Shown piece after piece: positions 41,282 to 50,774 of a DNA stretch of 64,000 nucleotides; within the stretch, counting starts at the first letter, position 1, and each line of letters starts with the position of its first letter. The stretch is from a virus. The notes below the pieces were generated by a model. It was not told the origin of the DNA. It was given only the letters and a program-made list of their open reading frames with translations, and made no database searches. The stretch spans positions 746 through 64,745 of the IMG/VR virus record IMGVR_UViG_3300045988_162375; one strand, written 5' to 3'. A program made the position numbers and the translations under genes.

Positions 41282-41624
41282 ATTTAATGAAATTCTGAGT
41301 GCTACTGGAACTGCGGTACTCAAGAAACGTGCTGAAATCATCAATGCTGATGCCCGCGAAGCAGCTAAGGATCAGGTTAATCTCATTGAGAAAGAGATTC
41401 GTCAGATTAAGTCCAAGATTATGAATCTGGAGGATCTGTCGATTAAATCGACCGAATCACTGGTTGTAGGTACGGATTTTAAGGCAGATGAGTGGGTAAC
41501 TCAGATGTTCAAGCTTCGTGATGACTTGCGCAACGCTGAAATCTGTCTGGAAATTGCTCAGAATATTTATAATGAGTATTTCACGGAACTTCCTGAAGTA
41601 GACTGTGATAAGAAAGCAGAATAG
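41274..41624 (+). CDS. hypothetical coiled-coil protein
   Basis: 116 aa. Confidence 0.3.
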   Translation: MNKFNEILSATGTAVLKKRAEIINADAREAAKDQVNLIEKEIRQIKSKIMNLEDLSIKSTESLVVGTDFKADEWVTQMFKLRDDLRNAEICLEIAQNIYNEYFTELPEVDCDKKAE

Positions 41625-41631
41625 CTTCATA

Positions 41632-41652
41632 GGCGGATTTACTCCGCCTTTT
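41632..41652 (+). terminator. Rho-independent terminator-like hairpin
   Basis: GGCGGA-TTTAC-TCCGCC followed by TTTTAA. Confidence 0.45.
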
Positions 41653-41654
41653 AA

Positions 41655-41728
41655 GGGCCCTTAGCTCAATTGAATAGAGCATCTGACTACGAATTAGAAG
41701 GTTACAGGTTTGAGTCCTGTAGGGCCCA
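41655..41728 (+). tRNA. tRNA-Arg(ACG)
   Basis: Acceptor GGGCCCT/AGGGCCC, D arm TAGCTCAATTGAATAGAGC, anticodon loop CTACGAA, T arm ACAGG-TTTGAGT-CCTGT. Confidence 0.75.
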
Positions 41729-41924
41729 CATATGAAAACTGTTTTATATAGAATACAATCAATTGAAGCCCCAGAAAATGAAGGGTTTCGGTATGGCTCA
41801 TTAAGAACACTATCTAAGACAAAGGTAGATGAAGAAATGTGCTTAAGGAATGAGTTTGGAAGTCATTATCTAATTAATGTTCCAGATTATTGAATTTGTG
41901 AGATTTTAAAAGAAATAGAAGAAG

Positions 41925-42986
41925 ATGATGTATAGTTTAGATGAAATAGGTATTTTACCTAGTTCAAAAGCCACGGATATTACAAGTCGTAGTGAGTGTA
42001 GTCCTTTAGGAGACTTAGGAACATATCCTATTTTTGTTTCTCCTATGACATCCGTTATTGATGAATCAAATTATCAACTTTTTACAAAGGCTGATGTGCT
42101 TCCAATTATTCCAAGACGTGTAGATAATTTACAGTTTAGACTTAATGCATGTAACCATGTTTGGTGTGCATTTAGTTTAAAGGAATTTGAAACATTCTTT
42201 TGTGAAGGAGAACCTTCTGATGAGTGTCCTCTGGTACTTATTGATATGGCTAATGGCCACATGAAGAAAATTTATGACCTGGTTAAGAAGGCTAAGGAAA
42301 AGTGGAGCACGATTATTATCATGGTAGGTAATATAGCTCATCCAGATCTTTATTGGGAATGCTATGATGCAGGGGTGGACTATGTTCGTGTAGGTATTGG
42401 AACTGGCAGTGTATGTACTACAGGAGTAAAAACTGGAGTACATGCTTCTATGGAATGGCTATTGCAACAATTAGTTAAGCGTCGATCCATGATTAAAGAG
42501 TCTCCTAAACCTAAAAAGGCTCCAAAGATTATCGCAGATGGAGGAATTTCTACAATAGATCGAGCTATAAAGTGTTTAGCTTTGGGCGCCGATTATGTAA
42601 TGATGGGTAAAATGTTTGCTCAATGTAACGAAGCTTGTGGGTATGTTAGAACAAAGTGGCCAGATGATAATGATACTATACTTAAATATTTTGCATCTTT
42701 AACTAAAGCAGAAAGTGATCGAATCATTGAAGTGTATCCTAAAGAGCGATTATACTACGGAATGGCAAGTGAACGTGGTCAAAAGGATATTTCAAACACT
42801 AAAAAGGCCGAAGAAGGAATTGAAATTTGGGTTCCTGTTGAATATACTCTTGAATCTTTACTTTCTCAATTTGATTCTGCATTAAGGTCTGCTATGTCTT
42901 ATACAGGATGTAGGACTCTTGAAGAATTCAAAAATGTAAAATGGGAGTATATGTCTCCCTCTGAAAGAAATGCTTATTACAAATAA
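41925..42986 (+). CDS. GMP reductase / IMP dehydrogenase-family enzyme (GuaC-like)
   Basis: 353 aa TIM-barrel; catalytic-Cys loop VGIGTGSVCTTGVKTG and C-terminal KIIADGGISTIDRAIKCLALGADYVMMGKMFA match the IMPDH/GMPR family. Confidence 0.55.
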   Translation: MMYSLDEIGILPSSKATDITSRSECSPLGDLGTYPIFVSPMTSVIDESNYQLFTKADVLPIIPRRVDNLQFRLNACNHVWCAFSLKEFETFFCEGEPSDECPLVLIDMANGHMKKIYDLVKKAKEKWSTIIIMVGNIAHPDLYWECYDAGVDYVRVGIGTGSVCTTGVKTGVHASMEWLLQQLVKRRSMIKESPKPKKAPKIIADGGISTIDRAIKCLALGADYVMMGKMFAQCNEACGYVRTKWPDDNDTILKYFASLTKAESDRIIEVYPKERLYYGMASERGQKDISNTKKAEEGIEIWVPVEYTLESLLSQFDSALRSAMSYTGCRTLEEFKNVKWEYMSPSERNAYYK

Positions 42987-43174
42987 AATGAATAATCTTG
43001 ATTTATACACAGTAATAGTTTTTGGAATCTTTGTTTTATGTTTATTATTAGGACTTGGATTTGCATTAACTATGTGGTCTGCTCCTTGGGGAATATTCTA
43101 CTTCGGAGGAATGATCGTGCTTACTATTTATTATCTTAATATATTAAAAGATAGGATAGAGTAATTAAAGGTTT

Positions 43175-43259
43175 GCGGAGGTGACCAGAATGGATAATGG
43201 ACCAGTCTTCTAAACTGGCGGCTGAATAGCCATTGTGGGTTCGAGTCCCACCCTCCGTA
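43175..43259 (+). tRNA. Type-II-fold tRNA (3-bp D stem, 16-nt variable hairpin, A73) with anticodon loop CTTCTAA (TCT, Arg-type)
   Basis: Acceptor GCGGAGG/CCTCCGT (G1-U72), D arm CCA-GAATGGATAA-TGG, anticodon arm CCAGT-CTTCTAA-ACTGG, variable CGGCTGAATAGCCATT, T arm GTGGG-TTCGAGT-CCCAC. Confidence 0.5.
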
Positions 43260-43911
43260 CTAATAACATTATAATATGGCATGGATATACAGAGATAAAA
43301 ATGGAGACTTAATGTTCTCCAAAGTAAAACCTGAAAAAGTTTATATTTTCAGATTTAAAAATTATGAAATTCATAAAGAATCAGAAAGTAAATATTTTAT
43401 TGGGGATCGTAATTATATTTTTACAGTTAAAATATTAGAATCTTATTTTCAACATCCTGGATATTATGAACTAAAAAGTTTTGATGGAGAGGAAGTATTA
43501 AGAAAAATTTATATTCAAGATGTTATTTTTGAAGGAGACTACACTATGGGTTTTCCTGTAGAATTTAAACCTGAGACTATTTCTGCTTTAAAATCTATTG
43601 TTGATTTAGAGAATCTTACTATTGAGGATGGATTAATTGAACTATAATGAAAGAGATTAAAATTAACAATAACATTGAAGAAGATCATGTTCCTTTATAT
43701 AATCCTGAAGGTAAGTTAGTTGGAATTATAGAAAATGAACTAGCTTTTAATGATGTTCGTATTCAAATCATGGAAAACAAACTAAGAGGGTACTATATTG
43801 TATATAAAGGTCAGGTATGTCGAATAGATATTCATGGAGAATTAGATATTTGGCCTAATGACTTATATAGGACAAATGTAGACCAACTATCAAAATTATT
43901 ATGCTTTTAGT

Positions 43912-44100
43912 ATGAAACAAATAAAAACATACTGTCCAAATTGTGGTAGGGAAACTATTCATGTTATTTATACAGAAGATGGATATGGGGCTTCTGGTGT
44001 AGCAAGAATTTTTTCAAGTTTACTTTCCCTTGGAACGTCTAATTTAGCTTGTACTACATATAGTAAGTGTATTAGTTGTGGAAAGACTAAAGAATTATAA
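43912..44100 (+). CDS. small zinc-ribbon protein
   Basis: 62 aa with CPNCG...CISCG. Confidence 0.3.
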   Translation: MKQIKTYCPNCGRETIHVIYTEDGYGASGVARIFSSLLSLGTSNLACTTYSKCISCGKTKEL

Positions 44101-44504
44101 CTAAATATGGGAACTATAGTAAAACCTTGTGATGATTACCTTCATATGTTAGAGATTCGTAAGTTACTTGAATCTAAAATAAAGGAGTTACATAATCCAT
44201 GTATTCCCAGTATGTGGAGCCCTTTATCTATTTTAAGTGTACTTAATCATAAACTATTTTGTAGAGTTATATACAATGCTGTTTGCTATAGTATAGCAGA
44301 ACGTAATCAGAAAAATATATCATCTAAATATCTTGTGGCAGACATTTCTGTTATTGATGCTTTGTGTATGCATTTAACTGAAGAATGTCCTGGATTTGAA
44401 ACTCCTAGATATTTATATAAAGTAAATATTCTTGGAACAGTACTAGAGGTTATTCAGGACATTCCAAGACCAAATAAAGATAAATATAATTTTTTAATAT
44501 TATA

Positions 44505-44936
44505 ATGAAAACACTTCTTTGGGTAGATGATGCTCGTAATCCAATGGAAGATGATTGGATGAATTTTAGTCCAATTGGTAGAAATTGTAAAGTTGTATGG
44601 GCTCAATCTTACCAAGAAGCGATTGATTTTCTTGAGAAAGAATGGCCTGATGCAATTTGTCTAGATCATGATTTAGGGGAAGAGAAATCTGGATATGATA
44701 TAGCTAAGTATATTGTGGATCGGTGTATTGATGAGGATAAAAAACTTCCTGAGTTTGCTAGTCAGTCTGCTAATCCTGTTGGAAGGGAAAATATTATTAC
44801 ATTATTGAGCAATTATAAGAGACATGAACTTCTAGATCATATTCAAAAAGTTATTGATTATAAACATGATTGGCGGAAAGCAGTACAAGAAGGAAAAAGT
44901 TTGCCAAAATGGAATGGAAAAATTAAAGTCAATTAA
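44505..44936 (+). CDS. hypothetical protein with receiver (CheY-like)-type N-terminal pattern
   Basis: LLWVDDARNP ... ICLDHDLG pattern; 143 aa. Confidence 0.3.
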   Translation: MKTLLWVDDARNPMEDDWMNFSPIGRNCKVVWAQSYQEAIDFLEKEWPDAICLDHDLGEEKSGYDIAKYIVDRCIDEDKKLPEFASQSANPVGRENIITLLSNYKRHELLDHIQKVIDYKHDWRKAVQEGKSLPKWNGKIKVN

Positions 44937-45281
44937 TTTATGACACAGTATATTTATATACATACAAACAAATTTTCTAGGTGATTCCTTTTAAGATATC
45001 TTAAAAAGAAAGGTTATACTTTTAGAAATAACATGACTCAGGAACATATTTTTATTCATCCTTATGGCAGATATGCTTTTTGCATGTGTGAGAAAATCAT
45101 AGCCTATGAGGAAGTATGGGCTTGGGTTGTTTTTAACAGTATATTTAAATAATTTCAACAATGCTTTACTGTAATATATGTGGATCTCCTTTACGATATA
45201 TAGGAGAAACTAAGGATGCTAGTGGAAATGTTATAAGCATCTATTCATGTCCAAAATGTAACAAGTTAGTTTATATTTAGT

Positions 45282-45662
45282 ATGTTCTTTCTTAATTTAG
45301 CTGTATTAATTTTTTGTGGAGCAGTTCTTGGATATGAGAGACAAAAAACTAACAAGGTAATTGGAATTCGTTCCGTTGTTCTACTGATGTTAGGATCTTT
45401 TATATTTACATATATCTCTACAAGAATAGGTGGAGATCCTTCTAGAGTAGCTGCCCAGATAGCTTCTGGAGTTGGCTTTATTGGTGCTGGAATCATTTGG
45501 AAGGATAAATCTACCAATATAGCTAACTTAACAACAGCAATTCTCATTTGGGTTATTGCAGCTTTAGGAAGCATGATTTCTATTGGATTACTTGCTGAAG
45601 CAGTAGTAATAACAGGAGTAATTTACATTGTCCTTAGATTTAATTTTTTGAAGGACGTCTAA
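45282..45662 (+). CDS. mgtC: MgtC/SapB-family membrane protein (N-terminal domain only)
   Basis: GYERQKTNKVIGIRSVVLL, AAQIASGVGFIGAGII, LTTAILIWVIAALG are conserved MgtC-family blocks; 126 aa. Confidence 0.55.
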   Translation: MFFLNLAVLIFCGAVLGYERQKTNKVIGIRSVVLLMLGSFIFTYISTRIGGDPSRVAAQIASGVGFIGAGIIWKDKSTNIANLTTAILIWVIAALGSMISIGLLAEAVVITGVIYIVLRFNFLKDV

Positions 45663-45668
45663 AGGTTT

Positions 45669-45753
45669 GGAGAGTAATCCTTGATGGTGATAGGGCTTGC
45701 CTGCTAAGCAATGTGTGCCTTTCTGGCATGTGGTTCGATTCCACTGCTCTCCG
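45669..45753 (+). tRNA. tRNA-Ser(GCT), type II
   Basis: Acceptor GGAGAGT/GCTCTCC, anticodon loop CTGCTAA, long variable arm, G73. Confidence 0.65.
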
Positions 45754-45977
45754 CAAATAAACTAATATTAGAAGGGTATGGAATTTAAAGTAATCAGAAT
45801 TATCTTTGATAATGGAACAGAACAGGTTTTTAATTTTCAACATGTAAGAGATTTCAGTTACAATGAGAAAAATAAATCTGCAGTTATAACTATAAAAGGA
45901 AACGGACCAAATTGGGATACTCAGCTATTTGATAATATTACTGAATTATATATTTCGAATTTAGAGTAATTAAGGAT

Positions 45978-46060
45978 GCCCCTGTGGCGTAATTTGGTAG
46001 CCGCGCTAGACTTAGGATCTAGTGAGGAAACTCGTGCAGGTTCGAGTCCTGTCAGGGGTA
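45978..46060 (+). tRNA. tRNA-Leu(TAG), type II
   Basis: Anticodon arm CTAGA-CTTAGGA-TCTAG (G37), variable TGAGGAAACTCGT, T arm GCAGG-TTCGAGT-CCTGT, A73. Confidence 0.7.
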
Positions 46061-46089
46061 CTTAACAATGTTTAAAATTATTAATACCA

Positions 46090-46656
46090 ATGAATATTGA
46101 AAATTTTTCAACGATAAATCTTCCTGGTCTAGCAGACCTAGGAGATACTAAAAATTGGGCAAGTATTAAAGGGGATGATCCAGGGCCTAAAGGGCCTATA
46201 GGTTCTGTGGGATATTCAGCAACAGGTGTAGGCAGGGGAAATCTTACTTCTACTACCTCAACTGGAATCGGTACTAATAGTATCACTATAAGCTCTAGTA
46301 ATCCGTATGCATATGGGCCAATTAAAACAGAAAGATTTCCTATGAGTGAAGAACTTTATTTATATATAACTGGTGGTAAAAGTTGTATTTCTACAGCACC
46401 TCCTACTTGGAATAGTCAAGAGAACTGTCTTTGGCATGCAAAAGGTTCCCGAGTATTTTCAATAGAAGGTGATTATGGACTATCTCGTCTTATAAAATCT
46501 TATATTGGTTCTGAACTAGATATAATTTACACATATCTTACTATAAATGGATTTAATGTTTATGCTACTATTTTAGGACCTTCTGGAGAATTATTTGTAG
46601 AAAAGGCACCTATTAAAGGTAAAGAAGATCTAATTCATAGAAATCGAAAGAAATAA
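46090..46656 (+). CDS. hypothetical protein (Gly-rich N-terminus; possible fibre or structural protein)
   Basis: 188 aa; GDDPGPKGPIGSVG collagen-like triplets. Confidence 0.3.
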   Translation: MNIENFSTINLPGLADLGDTKNWASIKGDDPGPKGPIGSVGYSATGVGRGNLTSTTSTGIGTNSITISSSNPYAYGPIKTERFPMSEELYLYITGGKSCISTAPPTWNSQENCLWHAKGSRVFSIEGDYGLSRLIKSYIGSELDIIYTYLTINGFNVYATILGPSGELFVEKAPIKGKEDLIHRNRKK

Positions 46657-46667
46657 TAGAAAGGATG

Positions 46668-47364
46668 GGGATGTAGTGTAATGGTAGCACAGCGGTCTTT
46701 AACTGAATAAAATTATGAGTGATTGAAAAACAATTGAAAAGGGTTACTTAGGTAGCCTACTAGTAGAACAGAAATTTATTGAAAATGGGTATAACCTATT
46801 TAAACCTGTTTTAGAGAATGGGAAAGTAGATTTAATTGCAGAAAAAGATAATAAATATATTAAACTGCAGATTAAAACTATACAAATAGAAAGTAATGGT
46901 AGAAGAATAATTCCAGTGAGAAAAATATCTCATAATATGGGAGAATATAAAGTAAAACTGTATACTGAAAAAGATATAGATTATTTTATTGGAGTTGACT
47001 TAGATACTAAAGACTTATATATTTTACCTGTACATTTCTCTTCTCAGTATAGAAGTTCTATTGGTGTAAACAGTTGTCAAGATTACAAAAATAATTTTAA
47101 ACAAATGGAGCCTATTAGTGGAAACACTAATAGTGGACACGATGATAACGTTGAATCCTTAACAGATAATGCTGATGGTAACGACGTCGGAATAGAAGAA
47201 ATTCTAGCCGCGAACGAGTAGATAATCGTGCACCTAAGTCGAAAGATATGGTGAAGACGTACTCTAGACTACAAACGAAAGGCAGTGAAAACTGTAGTGG
47301 TAAGCAAAACCGTAAACGGGGGTCTCCAAAACTCCAGGTGTGGGTTCGAATCCTGCCATCTCTG
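46668..47364 (+). tRNA. Split tRNA-Trp(CCA)-like gene: 5' acceptor/D-arm part 46668-46693, 3' part 47318-47364, separated by a ~620-nt insertion containing an ORF
   Basis: 5' part GGGGATG-TA-GTGT-AATGGTA-GCAC-A; 3' part G-GGGGT-CTCCAAA-ACTCC-AGGT-GTGGG-TTCGAAT-CCTGC-CATCTCT-G. Acceptor strands pair at all 7 positions (3 G-U). No 5' acceptor lies adjacent to the 3' part. Confidence 0.4.
46715..47221 (+). CDS. ORF inside the split tRNA-Trp; putative PD-(D/E)XK-type endonuclease, 169 codons with 1 in-frame TGA
   Basis: MSD-W-KTIEKGYLGSLLVEQKFIENGYNLFKPVLENGKVDLIAEKDNKYIKLQIKT... restriction-endonuclease-like pattern; joins track ORF 46916-47221 in frame. Confidence 0.35.
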
Positions 47365-47885
47365 CTATAAAACTTAAAAATATGACTTATAAACAAATTT
47401 TTATTGGAGGGATTACTATTCTGGGTATGTATATGCTACTGGGTTTGATGTTAAATTTCCCATGTAAATCAGAAGTGCCTCCAGTAAACTCTCCTGTAAT
47501 TATTACAGAAGATTGTGATTCTCTTACAGAGTGGCAAGTTTTTATCATGGCACTTGTTGAAGTAGAATGTGAGAGAAATCCAAAAGTAAAATCTAGTAAA
47601 AATGCAATAGGCCCATTCCAAATTACTAAAATTTATGTTGATGAAGTTAATAACTTATATAACACTAATTTTGTGTTAGAGGATGCTTGGGATCTTGATA
47701 AAGCTTTAACTATGTTTGAAATGATGAATGACCATTATAATCCAACTAGAGATATTGATAGAGCAATTAAACTACATAATCCTGGGGCTGGTAAATGGTA
47801 TGGGAAAAGAATAAAAGATCGTATGGAACTAATTCGATTTAGTGAAGCACTAAGATTCAAAATTGTTGAACTTTACGATAATTAA
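47340..47885 (+). CDS. lytic transglycosylase (SLT-domain) with N-terminal membrane anchor; candidate endolysin
   Basis: ALVEVECERNPKVKSSKNAIGPFQITK matches the SLT catalytic Glu region; N-terminal hydrophobic helix; track start overlaps the tRNA 3' part, true start probably ~47382. Confidence 0.45.
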   Translation: MGSNPAISAIKLKNMTYKQIFIGGITILGMYMLLGLMLNFPCKSEVPPVNSPVIITEDCDSLTEWQVFIMALVEVECERNPKVKSSKNAIGPFQITKIYVDEVNNLYNTNFVLEDAWDLDKALTMFEMMNDHYNPTRDIDRAIKLHNPGAGKWYGKRIKDRMELIRFSEALRFKIVELYDN

Positions 47886-48034
47886 TATGTGGTGGTTGAT
47901 TGGATTACTATTAGCTATTGCTATCATACTTAGTCCTATGTTATGGGCTATTTATAAACATATAACGTATGAGAAGTTGAATAACTAAAATTTTAAGTGG
48001 AGTTGCAATTATTTTAGGAATAACTGTTTACTTC

Positions 48035-48580
48035 ATGAATGTAAGGATAAATGATTTAAATAAATCATTAGATATATCCGTTAATAATGAAAAAGCATAC
48101 TCGGCTGAAAACTCAGCCTTGAAAGAGAGTAATATAGTTTTTAGATTTGAGTTAGCTCAAATGACCCACATGAATGATTCAATTCTTGTGAAAATGCGAG
48201 AAGTAGCCCAAGAACTCAAAATAAAGGATAAGAAATTAGAATCTTTACAATATCAGTTAGAACATATTTCTAAGTCAGATACTATTTTTATTAGAGATAC
48301 TATATTTAAAGATCCTGGTTTTAAACTTGATACGTGTATTCAAGATAAATGGGCTAGAACTTGTCTGCATCTTGAATATCCAAATGAAGTAGGAGTGTCA
48401 AGTGAGTTTAACAATGAAAAATATATTATTACTTCCTGGAAAAAAGAACCAATTAAGCAAAGGAAGTGGTTCCTTCCAAGATGGTTTACGAAAAAACAAA
48501 AAATTATAACTGTTGACGTAGTAGATAAGAATCCTTATGTAACTACAGAAAGACAGAGATTTGTACAAATTGTAGATTAA
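48035..48580 (+). CDS. hypothetical protein
   Basis: 181-aa ORF. Confidence 0.3.
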   Translation: MNVRINDLNKSLDISVNNEKAYSAENSALKESNIVFRFELAQMTHMNDSILVKMREVAQELKIKDKKLESLQYQLEHISKSDTIFIRDTIFKDPGFKLDTCIQDKWARTCLHLEYPNEVGVSSEFNNEKYIITSWKKEPIKQRKWFLPRWFTKKQKIITVDVVDKNPYVTTERQRFVQIVD

Positions 48581-48833
48581 ATGATTACAACAATACCTAC
48601 AAAATATGATATAGGGCAGAAAGTATATTTAAAGAAAACTGCTCTTGACTTTTCTCGAGGATATTTCATTGATGTTGAAGTTCCAGATCCAACTCCTTAC
48701 ATAATTACATCTATTAGAATTCATGTATATCCTGATTATACAAGTATTTATTATCGTATCGATGGAAAACAGGAATCTATTAGGGAGGATAAAGTATTTA
48801 GTTCTTTAGAAGAGGTGGAAGCCCATTGTAAGC

Positions 48834-49328
48834 ATGATTCAGAATAGTTTTTTGGAAAAAGGTAAAGAGAAAGAATTAGAATTTGCCTTAGCTCTTTGCA
48901 AAGCTAAAAGTCTTTCGTCCTCTATAATAGAAGAAGCTAGCAAGGAAGATGACATTTATCGTCATATTGATATCTGGGTAGGAGCAAATAGTTTCGATGT
49001 TAAAGCTGCAAAGAAAATTAACCGCTCTGATTTACTTCCTAACTATGATATTCATTGGATAGAACTCAGAAACGTTCATGGAGACAAAGGCTGGCTATTC
49101 GGGCAAGCTGATTATATAGCCTTTGAGTTGAAAACTACTTGGTGTATCTGTCCAAGAATTTCTTTAATACGGTCTCTAAAGGGTAGAATTGATTTTTCCA
49201 ATTTTACTACTAATAGGGATGATATGTTTAGAGTATATAGACGTAAAGATAGATTAGATGCTATTGTTAAAGTCGATAGTGATTTTTTGACCAAGGTTAC
49301 GTCTAGTTTTTTAATTCCTAAAGAATAG
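48834..49328 (+). CDS. hypothetical protein
   Basis: 164-aa ORF. Confidence 0.3.
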   Translation: MIQNSFLEKGKEKELEFALALCKAKSLSSSIIEEASKEDDIYRHIDIWVGANSFDVKAAKKINRSDLLPNYDIHWIELRNVHGDKGWLFGQADYIAFELKTTWCICPRISLIRSLKGRIDFSNFTTNRDDMFRVYRRKDRLDAIVKVDSDFLTKVTSSFLIPKE

Positions 49329-49525
49329 ACTATGATTTTCTCTTTAGTGTATTACTTGATTTGTGTAGGTATTATTTTTGGATCTGATGATGGAAAACCT
49401 TGGAAGTTTTCAGATTATGTTCTTTTATTATTTGCTGGCATTTATGCTCCTTTAAGTGTAGGAATGTATATTGGTCGATTTTTAAAAGAAAATAAGGTAT
49501 ATAAGGAAGAGTAATCTTCCTATAT

Positions 49526-49601
49526 GGTGCGTATAGCTCAGTTGGTTTAGAGCGCCAGATTGTGGCTCTGGAGGTCACCGATTCGAATTCGGTTATGCAC
49601 C
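49526..49601 (+). tRNA. tRNA-His(GTG) with encoded G-1 and C73
   Basis: G-1 then acceptor GTGCGTA/TATGCAC, D arm GCTC-AGTTGGTTTA-GAGC, anticodon arm CCAGA-TTGTGGC-TCTGG, T arm ACCGA-TTCGAAT-TCGGT. Confidence 0.75.
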
Positions 49602-49899
49602 CTTAAATTATTTTTATGAAGACATTTACTGAGTTTAAAAAACTTATTCCCAATAATAAATTGGGTGTTATTTCTCATCCTTGTAATAATTCAGTAACAG
49701 AGCCAAATATCTTAAAATGTTTGAATTACAAGATGCAATTTTCACTTCGAAAATGTAATCTTATCTATTGGAATATGCTGAAACAGCTTTATATATCATC
49801 TGATGATATGTTTAAATTTCTTAAAGGAGGAGTAAGTTATAGAGAAAGTATGACTGCCTTAATGGTAAGAGTACTAAGAGAAAATGTAGCTAAAAACGT

Positions 49900-50388
49900 A
49901 TGAAAAAACTAAATATAGCACTCGTTGCACATGATACACGAAAACAAGAATTAATTGATTGGGTTAAATTTAATAAACACTTATTATATAACCATCATAT
50001 TACTGCTACTGGCACTACAGGCAGATTACTTGGTAATATCATGGTTAAACAAGTTGCAGAAACAGACTGGAAAGGAAATGAATATTTTGTAAATAAATAT
50101 TTAAATGTAACCTCTGTTCTTTCTGGACCTCTTGGAGGAGATCAAATGATTGGTGCAATGATTGCACAAGGTCAAATTGATGTATTAATCTTCTTCTGTG
50201 ATAATCTTATTACACAAGGACATCAAACAGATATTTCTGCATTAACTCGATTGGCATCCTTATATAATATTGCATTTGCAACAAATAGAACTACAGCAGA
50301 CATGATTCTTACTTCGTCATTATTTGCGAATGAAGAATATTGTCCTGTAAAAGCGGATTTTAGTAGTTATTTAAATCGCAAACTTTAG
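49900..50388 (+). CDS. mgsA: methylglyoxal synthase-like protein (MGS domain)
   Basis: IALVAHDTRKQELIDWV...LYNHHITATGTTGRLL...GPLGGDQMIGAMIAQGQIDVLIFF follows the E. coli MgsA motif order. Confidence 0.55.
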   Translation: MKKLNIALVAHDTRKQELIDWVKFNKHLLYNHHITATGTTGRLLGNIMVKQVAETDWKGNEYFVNKYLNVTSVLSGPLGGDQMIGAMIAQGQIDVLIFFCDNLITQGHQTDISALTRLASLYNIAFATNRTTADMILTSSLFANEEYCPVKADFSSYLNRKL

Positions 50389-50774
50389 TTATGTCAAAAA
50401 GTCGCAAACTTCCAATTTTTAAAGATAAAGGTCTTAAAGGCATTTATCACAGAATCGTTAAAAGGAGAATAAAAAATTATTTAAAGAGTAATTTTTTAAG
50501 ATTACAAGATGAGGATTTTGATTGTAATATTCCAAATCCTAAAACAATAGTTAGCGACTACAATTATAGCGATTATACAATCGATTTACGTTATGAAAAA
50601 GGTAAAAGATGGGGAGAAGAGTGGAAAGCTAAATTCTCTAGAAAATAAACGTATCTTAGATTACATAAAGGCTGTAAGGAAGAAATCAAGGGAAGAGGAG
50701 ATCCAATTGTATGGAAAACCTCTTCCTAAAACTAAGATTAAAGAATCAAAAAAGATATATAAGAGAAATAAAAA

